From positions 1,674,001 to 1,738,000 of the forward strand of contig OZ024742.1 in NCBI GenBank assembly GCA_964016885.1: 64,000 nt of DNA, read 5' to 3'. The notes beneath the pieces are model-generated. The model saw nothing but the letters and a program-made list of their open reading frames with translations. It ran no database searches and was not told the DNA's origin. Source of the stretch: Eledone cirrhosa. Its lineage: Eukaryota. The position numbers were made by a program, and so were the translations under genes. Positions 22,201 through 36,914 of the stretch are shown here, piece by piece. Each line of letters begins with the position of its first letter. Within the stretch, counting starts at the first letter, position 1.

Positions 22201-25200
22201 AAGTGCATAGAGGGGGGGGGTAGGAACTGAGGGTCACATGGTAAATAACTGAGAGAGATACAATAGGATTAGAATACCGCATGGTAAATATCCAAGTTAA
22301 TAAGTTAATACTACATCAGTAAAATTAACAATAATAACGTCATGAAAAAAGCTACTAAGAGAAACCCTCGAAAATTTATCGCTAATACAGCAGGGAAAAT
22401 TTAACGCTAATACAGCAGGGAACATCATATTAACGACATGAAAAAGCTACTAAGAGAAACCCTCGAAAATTTATCGCTAATACAGCAGGGAAAATTTAAC
22501 GCTAATACAGCAGGGAACATCATAATATTAACGACATGAAAAAGCTACTAAGAGAAACCCTCGAAAATTTATCGCTAATACAGCAGGGAAAATTTAACGC
22601 TAATACAGCAGGGAACATCATAATATTAACGACAATATGTAGGCTAAAATACCTTCGTAGATTAGGTGGATGGCTGGCTGGGAAAATTGAATCATCTCTA
22701 GTGGTACATTTTAGCAGAGAAGAATGGCAAAGTGTCTTATCTCTTCAATATTTTCAGATTGAATGAATTAGGTTAAAGACAGGGTAGTAAGCCTTAAAGA
22801 AGTGCATAGAGGGGGGGGGTAGGAACTGAGGGTCACATGGTAAATAACTGAGAGAGATACAATAGGATTAGAATACCGCATGGTAAATATCCAAGTTAAT
22901 AAGTTAATACTACATCAGTAAAATTAACAATAATAACGTCATGAAAAAAGCTACTAAGAGAAACCCTCGAAAATTTATCGCTAATACAGCAGGGAAAATT
23001 TAACGCTAATACAGCAGGGAACATCATATTAACGACATGAAAAAGCTACTAAGAGAAACCCTCGAAAATTTATCGCTAATACAGCAGGGAAAATTTAACG
23101 CTAATACAGCAGGGAACATCATAATATTAACGACATGAAAAAGCTACTAAGAGAAACCCTCGAAAATTTATCGCTAATACAGCAGGGAAAATTTAACGCT
23201 AATACAGCAGGGAACATCATAATATTAACGACAATATGTAGGCTAAAATACCTTCGTAGATTAGGTGGATGGCTGGCTGGGAAAATTGAATCATCTCTAG
23301 TGGTACATTTTAGCAGAGAAGAATGGCAAAGTGTCTTATCTCTTCAATATTTTCAGATTGAATGAATTAGGTTAAAGACAGGGTAGTAAGCCTTAAAGAA
23401 GTGCATAGAGGGGGGGGTAGGAACTGAGGGTCACATGGTAAATAACTGAGAGAGATACAATAGGATTAGAATACCGCATGGTAAATATCCAAGTTAATAA
23501 GTTAATACTACATCAGTAAAATTAACAATAATAACGTCATGAAAAAAGCTACTAAGAGAAACCCTCGAAAATTTATCGCTAATACAGCAGGGAAAATTTA
23601 ACGCTAATACAGCAGGGAACATCATATTAACGACATGAAAAAGCTACTAAGAGAAACCCTCGAAAATTTATCGCTAATACAGCAGGGAAAATTTAACGCT
23701 AATACAGCAGGGAACATCATAATATTAACGACATGAAAAAGCTACTAAGAGAAACCCTCGAAAATTTATCGCTAATACAGCAGGGAAAATTTAACGCTAA
23801 TACAGCAGGGAACATCATAATATTAACGACAATATGTAGGCTAAAATACCTTCGTAGATTAGGTGGATGGCTGGCTGGGAAAATTGAATCATCTCTAGTG
23901 GTACATTTTAGCAGAGAAGAATGGCAAAGTGTCTTATCTCTTCAATATTTTCAGATTGAATGAATTAGGTTAAAGACAGGGTAGTAAGCCTTAAAGAAGT
24001 GCATAGAGGGGGGGGTAGGAACTGAGGGTCACATGGTAAATAACTGAGAGAGATACAATAGGATTAGAATACCGCATGGTAAATATCCAAGTTAATAAGT
24101 TAATACTACATCAGTAAAATTAACAATAATAACGTCATGAAAAAAGCTACTAAGAGAAACCCTCGAAAATTTATCGCTAATACAGCAGGGAAAATTTAAC
24201 GCTAATACAGCAGGGAACATCATATTAACGACATGAAAAAGCTACTAAGAGAAACCCTCGAAAATTTATCGCTAATACAGCAGGGAAAATTTAACGCTAA
24301 TACAGCAGGGAACATCATAATATTAACGACATGAAAAAGCTACTAAGAGAAACCCTCGAAAATTTATCGCTAATACAGCAGGGAAAATTTAACGCTAATA
24401 CAGCAGGGAACATCATAATATTAACGACAATATGTAGGCTAAAATACCTTCGTAGATTAGGTGGATGGCTGGCTGGGAAAATTGAATCATCTCTAGTGGT
24501 ACATTTTAGCAGAGAAGAATGGCAAAGTGTCTTATCTCTTCAATATTTTCAGATTGAATGAATTAGGTTAAAGACAGGGTAGTAAGCCTTAAAGAAGTGC
24601 ATAGAGGGGGGGGGTAGGAACTGAGGGTCACATGGTAAATAACTGAGAGAGATACAATAGGATTAGAATACCGCATGGTAAATATCCAAGTTAATAAGTT
24701 AATACTACATCAGTAAAATTAACAATAATAACGTCATGAAAAAAGCTACTAAGAGAAACCCTCGAAAATTTATCGCTAATACAGCAGGGAAAATTTAACG
24801 CTAATACAGCAGGGAACATCATATTAACGACATGAAAAAGCTACTAAGAGAAACCCTCGAAAATTTATCGCTAATACAGCAGGGAAAATTTAACGCTAAT
24901 ACAGCAGGGAACATCATAATATTAACGACATGAAAAAGCTACTAAGAGAAACCCTCGAAAATTTATCGCTAATACAGCAGGGAAAATTTAACGCTAATAC
25001 AGCAGGGAACATCATAATATTAACGACAATATGTAGGCTAAAATACCTTCGTAGATTAGGTGGATGGCTGGCTGGGAAAATTGAATCATCTCTAGTGGTA
25101 CATTTTAGCAGAGAAGAATGGCAAAGTGTCTTATCTCTTCAATATTTTCAGATTGAATGAATTAGGTTAAAGACAGGGTAGTAAGCCTTAAAGAAGTGCA

Positions 25201-28200
25201 TAGAGGGGGGGGTAGGAACTGAGGGTCACATGGTAAATAACTGAGAGAGATACAATAGGATTAGAATACCGCATGGTAAATATCCAAGTTAATAAGTTAA
25301 TACTACATCAGTAAAATTAACAATAATAACGTCATGAAAAAAGCTACTAAGAGAAACCCTCGAAAATTTATCGCTAATACAGCAGGGAAAATTTAACGCT
25401 AATACAGCAGGGAACATCATATTAACGACATGAAAAAGCTACTAAGAGAAACCCTCGAAAATTTATCGCTAATACAGCAGGGAAAATTTAACGCTAATAC
25501 AGCAGGGAACATCATAATATTAACGACATGAAAAAGCTACTAAGAGAAACCCTCGAAAATTTATCGCTAATACAGCAGGGAAAATTTAACGCTAATACAG
25601 CAGGGAACATCATAATATTAACGACAATATGTAGGCTAAAATACCTTCGTAGATTAGGTGGATGGCTGGCTGGGAAAATTGAATCATCTCTAGTGGTACA
25701 TTTTAGCAGAGAAGAATGGCAAAGTGTCTTATCTCTTCAATATTTTCAGATTGAATGAATTAGGTTAAAGACAGGGTAGTAAGCCTTAAAGAAGTGCATA
25801 GAGGGGGGGGTAGGAACTGAGGGTCACATGGTAAATAACTGAGAGAGATACAATAGGATTAGAATACCGCATGGTAAATATCCAAGTTAATAAGTTAATA
25901 CTACATCAGTAAAATTAACAATAATAACGTCATGAAAAAAGCTACTAAGAGAAACCCTCGAAAATTTATCGCTAATACAGCAGGGAAAATTTAACGCTAA
26001 TACAGCAGGGAACATCATATTAACGACATGAAAAAGCTACTAAGAGAAACCCTCGAAAATTTATCGCTAATACAGCAGGGAAAATTTAACGCTAATACAG
26101 CAGGGAACATCATAATATTAACGACATGAAAAAGCTACTAAGAGAAACCCTCGAAAATTTATCGCTAATACAGCAGGGAAAATTTAACGCTAATACAGCA
26201 GGGAACATCATAATATTAACGACAATATGTAGGCTAAAATACCTTCGTAGATTAGGTGGATGGCTGGCTGGGAAAATTGAATCATCTCTAGTGGTACATT
26301 TTAGCAGAGAAGAATGGCAAAGTGTCTTATCTCTTCAATATTTTCAGATTGAATGAATTAGGTTAAAGACAGGGTAGTAAGCCTTAAAGAAGTGCATAGA
26401 GGGGGGGGTAGGAACTGAGGGTCACATGGTAAATAACTGAGAGAGATACAATAGGATTAGAATACCGCATGGTAAATATCCAAGTTAATAAGTTAATACT
26501 ACATCAGTAAAATTAACAATAATAACGTCATGAAAAAAGCTACTAAGAGAAACCCTCGAAAATTTATCGCTAATACAGCAGGGAAAATTTAACGCTAATA
26601 CAGCAGGGAACATCATATTAACGACATGAAAAAGCTACTAAGAGAAACCCTCGAAAATTTATCGCTAATACAGCAGGGAAAATTTAACGCTAATACAGCA
26701 GGGAACATCATAATATTAACGACATGAAAAAGCTACTAAGAGAAACCCTCGAAAATTTATCGCTAATACAGCAGGGAAAATTTAACGCTAATACAGCAGG
26801 GAACATCATAATATTAACGACAATATGTAGGCTAAAATACCTTCGTAGATTAGGTGGATGGCTGGCTGGGAAAATTGAATCATCTCTAGTGGTACATTTT
26901 AGCAGAGAAGAATGGCAAAGTGTCTTATCTCTTCAATATTTTCAGATTGAATGAATTAGGTTAAAGACAGGGTAGTAAGCCTTAAAGAAGTGCATAGAGG
27001 GGGGGGTAGGAACTGAGGGTCACATGGTAAATAACTGAGAGAGATACAATAGGATTAGAATACCGCATGGTAAATATCCAAGTTAATAAGTTAATACTAC
27101 ATCAGTAAAATTAACAATAATAACGTCATGAAAAAAGCTACTAAGAGAAACCCTCGAAAATTTATCGCTAATACAGCAGGGAAAATTTAACGCTAATACA
27201 GCAGGGAACATCATATTAACGACATGAAAAAGCTACTAAGAGAAACCCTCGAAAATTTATCGCTAATACAGCAGGGAAAATTTAACGCTAATACAGCAGG
27301 GAACATCATAATATTAACGACATGAAAAAGCTACTAAGAGAAACCCTCGAAAATTTATCGCTAATACAGCAGGGAAAATTTAACGCTAATACAGCAGGGA
27401 ACATCATAATATTAACGACAATATGTAGGCTAAAATACCTTCGTAGATTAGGTGGATGGCTGGCTGGGAAAATTGAATCATCTCTAGTGGTACATTTTAG
27501 CAGAGAAGAATGGCAAAGTGTCTTATCTCTTCAATATTTTCAGATTGAATGAATTAGGTTAAAGACAGGGTAGTAAGCCTTAAAGAAGTGCATAGAGGGG
27601 GGGGGTAGGAACTGAGGGTCACATGGTAAATAACTGAGAGAGATACAATAGGATTAGAATACCGCATGGTAAATATCCAAGTTAATAAGTTAATACTACA
27701 TCAGTAAAATTAACAATAATAACGTCATGAAAAAAGCTACTAAGAGAAACCCTCGAAAATTTATCGCTAATACAGCAGGGAAAATTTAACGCTAATACAG
27801 CAGGGAACATCATATTAACGACATGAAAAAGCTACTAAGAGAAACCCTCGAAAATTTATCGCTAATACAGCAGGGAAAATTTAACGCTAATACAGCAGGG
27901 AACATCATAATATTAACGACATGAAAAAGCTACTAAGAGAAACCCTCGAAAATTTATCGCTAATACAGCAGGGAAAATTTAACGCTAATACAGCAGGGAA
28001 CATCATAATATTAACGACAATATGTAGGCTAAAATACCTTCGTAGATTAGGTGGATGGCTGGCTGGGAAAATTGAATCATCTCTAGTGGTACATTTTAGC
28101 AGAGAAGAATGGCAAAGTGTCTTATCTCTTCAATATTTTCAGATTGAATGAATTAGGTTAAAGACAGGGTAGTAAGCCTTAAAGAAGTGCATAGAGGGGG

Positions 28201-29332
28201 GGGTAGGAACTGAGGGTCACATGGTAAATAACTGAGAGAGATACAATAGGATTAGAATACCGCATGGTAAATATCCAAGTTAATAAGTTAATACTACATC
28301 AGTAAAATTAACAATAATAACGTCATGAAAAAAGCTACTAAGAGAAACCCTCGAAAATTTATCGCTAATACAGCAGGGAAAATTTAACGCTAATACAGCA
28401 GGGAACATCATATTAACGACATGAAAAAGCTACTAAGAGAAACCCTCGAAAATTTATCGCTAATACAGCAGGGAAAATTTAACGCTAATACAGCAGGGAA
28501 CATCATAATATTAACGACATGAAAAAGCTACTAAGAGAAACCCTCGAAAATTTATCGCTAATACAGCAGGGAAAATTTAACGCTAATACAGCAGGGAACA
28601 TCATAATATTAACGACAATATGTAGGCTAAAATACCTTCGTAGATTAGGTGGATGGCTGGCTGGGAAAATTGAATCATCTCTAGTGGTACATTTTAGCAG
28701 AGAAGAATGGCAAAGTGTCTTATCTCTTCAATATTTTCAGATTGAATGAATTAGGTTAAAGACAGGGTAGTAAGCCTTAAAGAAGTGCATAGAGGGGGGG
28801 GTAGGAACTGAGGGTCACATGGTAAATAACTGAGAGAGATACAATAGGATTAGAATACCGCATGGTAAATATCCAAGTTAATAAGTTAATACTACATCAG
28901 TAAAATTAACAATAATAACGTCATGAAAAAAGCTACTAAGAGAAACCCTCGAAAATTTATCGCTAATACAGCAGGGAAAATTTAACGCTAATACAGCAGG
29001 GAACATCATATTAACGACATGAAAAAGCTACTAAGAGAAACCCTCGAAAATTTATCGCTAATACAGCAGGGAAAATTTAACGCTAATACAGCAGGGAACA
29101 TCATAATATTAACGACATGAAAAAGCTACTAAGAGAAACCCTCGAAAATTTATCGCTAATACAGCAGGGAAAATTTAACGCTAATACAGCAGGGAACATC
29201 ATAATATTAACGACAATATGTAGGCTAAAATACCTTCGTAGATTAGGTGGATGGCTGGCTGGGAAAATTGAATCATCTCTAGTGGTACATTTTAGCAGAG
29301 AAGAATGGCAAAGTGTCTTATCTCTTCAATAT
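19278..29332. repeat. Tandem array of 17 near-identical 598-600 bp units, each with 3 x ~100 bp sub-repeats containing 2 x ~26 bp sub-sub-repeats; derived from RTE 5' UTR sequence
   Basis: Repeated 76-aa ORF start at 19543, 20142, 20740 ... 29117; internal units differ only in a G8/G9 run and one A insertion; homology to ~51930-52230. Confidence 0.95.
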
Positions 29333-30019
<687 letters not shown>

Positions 30020-32341
30020 GAGATGGAATGAGACATATAGGAAGGTGTGGAGAAGAAAGGTTTGGAAGCTAAAAGACCTTTCACTAAAATTCAAATTTAG
30101 GAAAGCCCTTCAAGATGTATATGACGAAAAAGAAGACGATTTAGAGACATATGACATAGATAATAACTGGAAGTTCTTGCGTGACAACTTGCTGCAGGCT
30201 ACTGATGAAACCTGTGGCTGGAGCACAGCTCCAACCAGACAGAGAGTGACCTGGTGGTGGAACAGCACAGTAGATAAGGCTATTAGAGACAAAAGACTAG
30301 CATGGAAGGCTTGGAAAAAGGGTGGGAGTAGGGAAGAATATACAGCCACTAAGAGAGAAGCTAGACGTCAGGTGTACTTAGCACGCAGGGAGGCAGAGAG
30401 TAGGAGGTTTGCCAATGTTCTGCGACGGGAAGATCAGAGGCGTGCGGTGTTCCACATTGCAAGGCAGTGTGTCAATGCAAATCAGGATGTTGTTGGAGAT
30501 AAATGTGTCCGGGATGATGCCGGTGTACTTAGTGTAACGAATGACCAGAAAAAGGAGGCCTGGAAATGTCATTATGAGAGACTGATGAATGTGGAGAACG
30601 AATGGGAGAGAGAGAAATTACCCTTGGTAGATCCGACAGAGGGACCAGCTATTGAGATTGACGAATATAGGGTCCAAGAGGCGATGAGGGAAATGAAAAA
30701 TGGTAAGGCGGCCGGACCATCGGGAATAGTTGCTGAGATGCTGAAGGCATCAGGGGACGTAGGCACTAAACTGGTTGCACGCATCATCAATCAGGCTATA
30801 TATGGTGGTGTCATACCCAAAGACTGGTGCAGCAGTATTCTCATAAATTGCTACAAAGGTAAAGGGGATGCTTTGGAGAGGAGCAATTATAGGGATATAA
30901 AACTGATAGATCAGGTTATGAAAGTGGCAGAAAGGATTTTAGCACAACTAATTAGAGAAAGGGTCAAACTAGATGAGATGCAGTTTGGTTTTGTGCCTGG
31001 GAAGAGTACAACAGATGCCCTCTTCTTGGTGAGACAAATGCAAGAGAGGTTCTTAGAGAAGAATAAGCCACTATACTTAGCCTTTGTTGACCTAGAGAAG
31101 GCCTTTGATAGGGTACCCCGATCTGTCATCTGGTGGTCCCTAAGGAAGCTAGGTGTTGAGGAATGGCTTGTGAGGACAGTGCAAACTTTGTACAGAGGTA
31201 CTCTCAGTAAAGTCAGGGTAGGAATGGAGTTTAGTGAGGAATTCCATATAAAGTAGGAGTACATCAGGGTTTGGTCCTCAGCCCGCTCTTGTTCATTATA
31301 GTCCTCCAAGCCATAAAAGAGGAGTTTAAGACTGGCTGTCCATGGGAACTTCTCTATGCTGACGATCTGGCTCTTATAGCAGAATCAGTAGAGAAGCTAG
31401 AGAATAAATTCCGGCTATGGAAACAGCAGTTGGAAGCAAGAGGACTGAGAGTAAATCTAGCTAAGACAAAAGTGTTGATGAGTAGAAAAGAGGACAAAAC
31501 CCTGATTCCGTCAGGGAAATGGCCATGTTCGATATGCAGAAAAGGAACTGGCATAAATTCTATAAAATGCACACAATGCAGGTCCTGGGTACACAAGAGA
31601 TGTAGCGGGATAGCAGGCAAACTAACAGGTAGGGAGAAATATGTATGCAGTAGATGTACAGGGAAATTAGACAGTAGAAGTCGCACTGATAGACACATTT
31701 TTCAAATGCGAGAGGGCGCTATAGAAGTGGTGGATAGCTTCCGGTTCCTAGGAGATCAGATTAGCATGGGAGGAGGGTGTTCCGAGGCCATAGAATCTAG
31801 AATAAGGACGGGTTGGAAGAAGTTTAGGGAGCTGCTTCCTCTGTTGACGAAGAAGGGTTTCTCCCTGCGTACGAAAGGCCGGTTGTATGATGCCTGTGTG
31901 AGGAGCGCGATGCTGCATGGTAGTGAGACATGGGCAGCAACCGCAGAGGATATGCGATGGCTGGAGAGAAATGAGGCAAGCATGCTCCGTTGGATGTGCA
32001 GTGTAAATGTGCGTGAACGACCCAGCATAAATGTGTTGAGAGAGAAACTGTGTCTGAGAGGGATAGAATGTAGTGTACGGGAGAGGAGACTGAGGTGGTA
32101 TGGACATGTGATGCGCATGGAGGATGACCGATGGGTGAAGAAGTGCCAGGAAATGCCAGTTGAAGGAAGACGTGGTAGAGGTAGACCACGAAAAACATGG
32201 GCGGAGGTGGTGAGAACAGACCTCAGATCATTGAAGCTCACGGTGGAGATGATGAGGGACCGTGACGAGTGGAGAGATGCTGTGCTGAATAAGACCCGTC
32301 CCACCCTTGCAAACAGGGAAAAGCGGACGTAAAATGATGAT
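30020..32341 (+). mobile_element. 5'-truncated RTE LINE (subfamily C) with a single frameshift at ~31250
   Basis: ORFs 30045-31256 and 31271-32332 with RT motifs and PHD-like insert; ORF runs almost to the (GAT)n tail. Confidence 0.93.
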
Positions 32342-32603
32342 ATATATATATATATATATATAAATATATATATATATATGAGGGTGTTAAAGTTTGCTTG
32401 AAGCATTGTGAAATGTGTAAAATACGTAGTTTAGAAACTACGTATTTTATATATATATATATATATATATTCATATATATATATATATATATTCATATAT
32501 ATATATATATATATTCATATATATATATATATATTCATATATATATATATATTCATATATATATATATATTCATACATATATATATATATATATTCATAT
32601 ATA

Positions 32604-32667
32604 AAACTCCCGTCCAAACCCATGCAAGCGTGGAACATGGACGTTAAACGATGATGATGATGATGAT
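32604..32667 (+). mobile_element. Very short RTE-A 3' end
   Basis: aaaactcccgtccaaacccatgcaagcgtggaacatggacgttaaac(gat)n. Confidence 0.85.
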
Positions 32668-32716
32668 ATATAAATATATATATTTATATTCATATATATA
32701 TATATTTATATATATT

Positions 32717-32748
<32 letters not shown>

Positions 32749-32749
32749 A

Positions 32750-33701
32750 AGAAAAAGAGATGAAATCGAAAATGCAACAGGAGTCTTATTTTTTTTTTTA
32801 AATATATATATTTATTTGGTTTCGCAGTTCTTCTGCTCTTCAAAAGGTGAGTTGAGATGGAGGGTCTGTGGTTTTTCTCACATCTGGTTGGTCTCTGAAT
32901 GTTACTTGTTTTATATTGAAAAAGTGGCTCGAAATGTCAGGTTTTTCGAGAAGTAATTTGATTGGTTGGTCAATAATTATAATAAATTTCGCGCCAGTTC
33001 GCGTTACAATAGTTCTTCAAATAAGAGGGGGGGGGGGGGTTGTCACAGGTTGTTTTTTTCATATATGAGTGTTTGAATTTCTTTTTACTTGAAAAAAGGA
33101 GGCTCACGAAGGCTGTTTTTTGGTTGGTTATAAATGAGATTATGGCTGTCACGTGAACAAGTTTTCATTAAATTTTTGTGCCCTTATTTGGAAATCCATT
33201 CTGTAGCCTTTTTAGAGAATTTTATGATAAGTGAAAGATAATGGTCAAGAGAAAGGGATGGGAGAATTGTTCTGGTTCAGTGAATATGGTTAGTTCGCTG
33301 GGGTGTCAGAATTCAGAAAGTAAAGAGAATGTATGTTTATTTGTGTGCTTGTGTGTGTGTGCGTGCGTGTGTGTGTGTTGTGTGTGTGTGTGTTTGAATT
33401 TCTTTACTTAGGAAAAAGGTGGCTCACGAAGGCTTTTTTTTAATAAACGTGATTTGATTGGTTATAAATGAGATTATGGCTGTCACGTGAACAAGTTTTC
33501 ATTACATTTTTGCACCCTTACTTGGAAAACTATTCTGTAGCCTTTATAGCGAATGTTATGACAATGGAAAGATAGTGGTCAAGAGAAATGGGATTGGGAG
33601 AATTGTTCTGGTTCAGTGAATATGGTTAGTTCGCTGGGGTGTCAGAGTTCAGATTTTCTATTGAAGTGAAGATATGTATGTTTATTTGTGTGCTTGTGTG
33701 T

Positions 33702-33744
<43 letters not shown>

Positions 33745-36558
33745 TATTGGAAGATGATTCTATTAGTAGAAATGGAGGAGGGAGTTGTGTGTGTGTGTAT
33801 ATGGGTGTTATGTGTGTGTGTGCGAGTATGTTAAGATGGAGAGAATATATATTTTGTGTGTGTGTATATATATGTGTGTAGGAAAGTGGTTCTATTAGTA
33901 GAAATGGGGAGGGAGATGTGGGTGTGGGGGTTGTTATGTGTGTGTATGGGTGTTATGTGTATGGGAGTATGGTTAGCATGTTAAGATGAAGAGAATATAT
34001 ATATATATTGTGTGTGTGTGTATGTGTGTGTGTAGGAAAGTGATTCCTTTAGTAGGAATATTTTTGAATGAACATATTTTCCTTATTCGTATTTGCTGTT
34101 GTATTGTCAGTGCAAACGTATGTTAAGGTTTATTTAGTTCGGGTTTTTATTTTCTAAAGTAGAAGGTGTTATGTGTGTGTGTGTATGTCATATTATGGTG
34201 TTGACATAATGTATATTAAACCATATTTAATGTTGGTCTATATTTTTGAATAAACATATTTTCCTTATTTATTTGCATTTGTTCTGTTGTATTGTTAGCG
34301 CAAAGGTAAAATGGGAAGACTTGGAATTTGGGTGTCTTATTACGTGCGCAAATGTCTAGATATGCACTTAGTGGTATCTGTCTCGTGGTTGGATCTCGTA
34401 ATTGTTGGCGATGAACTGTCATTCTGTTTCTGAGTGTGAGTTTAGTTTGTCCTATATAATCTTCATTGCATCCTTTACATTTAATGGCATAAAGTAGATT
34501 TTTTTGATGAGCAAGTGAAGTGATTTTTTACAGTAAAATTTTGTCCTGATTTAAATGTATACGTGTTGTCTTCAATGAGGTGAGTGCAGGTTCCACAATT
34601 AGAGCGACCACATTTTTTGATACTTGGTTGTGGGTTTGTGGTAGGTAATTTGGCATTGGTGAGTAATGTTTTCAGTGATTTTGGTTGTCTTTTGCTTTTG
34701 ATTATTTTGTGTGTTTCAAGGGATTTTTTCATTCTTGGGTTTTGTTTTAGTAGTGGGATGTTATTGTGAATAGTGTTGTAAGCTTCCGCATTTCTTGGGT
34801 TGTGTGTTGAGATATATGATAGAATATTGGACGTACCTTGAATTTGTTTCTGTTTCCGTAATTCATCAATGCCTATTGCTCTAGCCCTTTCTATTCCATT
34901 ATTTATTAGTAATAGTGGGTACTCTCTCTCGAGTAGAATTTCCTTTAATTCTTGAAGTCTTTTATTTCGCGTTTCATAATTGGAGACAATTGTGCAAATT
35001 CTTTTTGCTAGGTTAAAAGGAATGTTCGTCTTCGTGTGCTTTGGATGGTTGGAGGTGAATAGCAGATATTGTTTGGAATCTGTTGGTTTGTAGTGTATGT
35101 CAGTTTCGATATTTGTGTCTTTTTTTAAGATTAAGATGTCCAGAAATGGGAGTTGATCTTGGCTGTATTCCAGTGTGAATTGGATGTGGTTATTGATGCC
35201 GTTTATTAAGTTTTTGAAATCCTTCAGTTGGTCGAGTGTGTGGGACCAAAGAATGAGGTAATCATCCAAGTAGCGTTTCCAATTCTCTGATAAATATTTG
35301 TGGAAGTTCAATCCGTATTTTGATTTGGACTGTTCATATATCTGGACTTCTAAGTATGCCATGACTAAGTTGGCATAAGTTGGAGCGGCTTTTGTACCCA
35401 TCGCAGTCCCCGATATTTGCTTGTAAGTATTGCCATCGAAATCAAAAAAGTTGTTCTGTAGGATGAATTTTAATCCCTCGGTGATGAAGCTTTGTTCTAT
35501 TCTGTCAGGTATCTCATTGGGATATTTCTCTAGCCAGAATCCTATTGCTTCTAGTCCGTATTGGTGTGGGATCGTTGTGTAGAGATTCACTACATCGAAA
35601 GACACAATAATAGTGTCGTTGTTGACATGTTTGGGGAGGTGGTTTAAGAGGTCCAGATCGTCTCTTACAAGGCTTGGTATGTGTTTCAGTATTGGTTTCA
35701 GTAGTATGCCTATAAAGTTGCTCAGTCTGTGTGTTACACATTGTGTGCCCGCTACAATTGGTCTTAATTTAAGATCTGTGGGGTATTGTGTGTTCACGCA
35801 GGCTGAGGTGGATTGTTTACAGGCATCGTTGATTATTTTACACTTGTGGATCTTCGGAAGTCCGTAAAGGTTGCTGGTTTTGTATTCAAAATTTGTTAAA
35901 TAATCGCGTTCCTTTTTAGTTAGGTCTTCCTGGTATCGATAAATCAGTGTGTTTAATTTGGTCATTATTTTTGATTGCTGGTAGTTTTTTACTCTTTCAT
36001 AGTAATTAGTATTTTGTAAGAGAGAGAACATAGAATTTTTATATTGTTCAGCCTCCATAATGACAACAGTACTTACCTTGTCCGCTTCCTTAATTATAAT
36101 GTCCGTATTGTTTTTTAGTTCATGGATAATCTCCCATTCTCTTCGACTTGTGTTGGGTTTGGGTTTAGGTTGCGGTAGTTCATGGTATGGGAAGGTAGCT
36201 GTGTGGTCAGAAAATTTGTCCAGAACTCTGTTTCTACCTTTTGTTGGGTTGTAGCTGCTTTTATTCCGTACAATTGATTCGTCGTTATTCTCCTTGTCAA
36301 AGAATTCCTCTGTGAGATGTAATTTTCTACAGAAGTGTGAGATATCGTCATTTATCTCGTTGGGGTTAGAGTATTGTGGTGCTGGTGTGAATTTCAGTCC
36401 TTTGGAGAGAATTTTTACTTGTTGGGCTGAGAGGTTTGTATTTGAAAGGTTAATTATTTTCGGTTTTTCAAAATCGGTTTGTGCCACCGGGTGTCGTGAG
36501 TCCTGTAGCCTTGGTCTAAAAAATGATTTTTCTGGAATGTTTTTTCAATGGTATTATT
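32750..36558 (-). mobile_element. Penelope-like element (Neptune-like, PLE-2), 5'-truncated, with a long repetitive 3' UTR
   Basis: RT ORF 34481-36487 and frameshifted GIY-YIG at 34216-34500; degenerate hammerhead near 32819-32843; ~320-bp and ~130-bp duplications in the UTR. Confidence 0.88.
34216..36487 (-). pseudogene. PLE RT + GIY-YIG ORF with a frameshift in an A-run at ~34500
   Basis: IINLS, LSKGLKF, LYGLPKIHK, RPIVA, SFDVVNLYT, QISGTAMG, KRYLDD, LPFLD, CGRSNCGTC; continuation NLLYAIKCKGCNEDYIGQT...RMTVHRQQ...YRPTLN. Confidence 0.9.
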
Positions 36559-36559
36559 A

Positions 36560-36716
36560 AGGGACCCCAGTCCTATCATCTCATATCTACAGCTGAGTAA
36601 ACTGGAGCAATGTGAAATAAAGTGTCTTGCTCAAGGAAACAACACATCACCCGGTCTGAGAATTGAACTCACAACCTTTCGATTGCAAGGCCAATGCTCT
36701 AACTACTAAGCCATGT
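36560..36716 (-). mobile_element. tRNA-derived CORE-type SINE, 3'-truncated
   Basis: Near-exact reverse complement of 54586-54740 (A box, B box, CORE-like segment). Confidence 0.85.
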
Positions 36717-36748
36717 GATTCCATGTATATATATATATATATATATAT

Positions 36749-36796
<48 letters not shown>

Positions 36797-36866
36797 TATA
36801 TATATATATATATATATTCATATATATATATATATATATATATTCATATATATATATATATATATA

Positions 36867-36905
<39 letters not shown>

Positions 36906-36914
<9 letters not shown>

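Noticed and set aside
19543-29332. 76-aa ORF repeated in each 598-bp unit as a tandem gene family
   Set aside because: It is antisense to the LINE, starts inside sub-repeats, is broken in unit 5, has no recognisable motif, and its identity is explained by DNA-level amplification
19278-29332. CRISPR-like array or ribozyme-bearing satellite
   Set aside because: No unique spacers, eukaryotic context, and no CTGANGA...GAAA core found by eye on either strand (nearest is CTGATGT)
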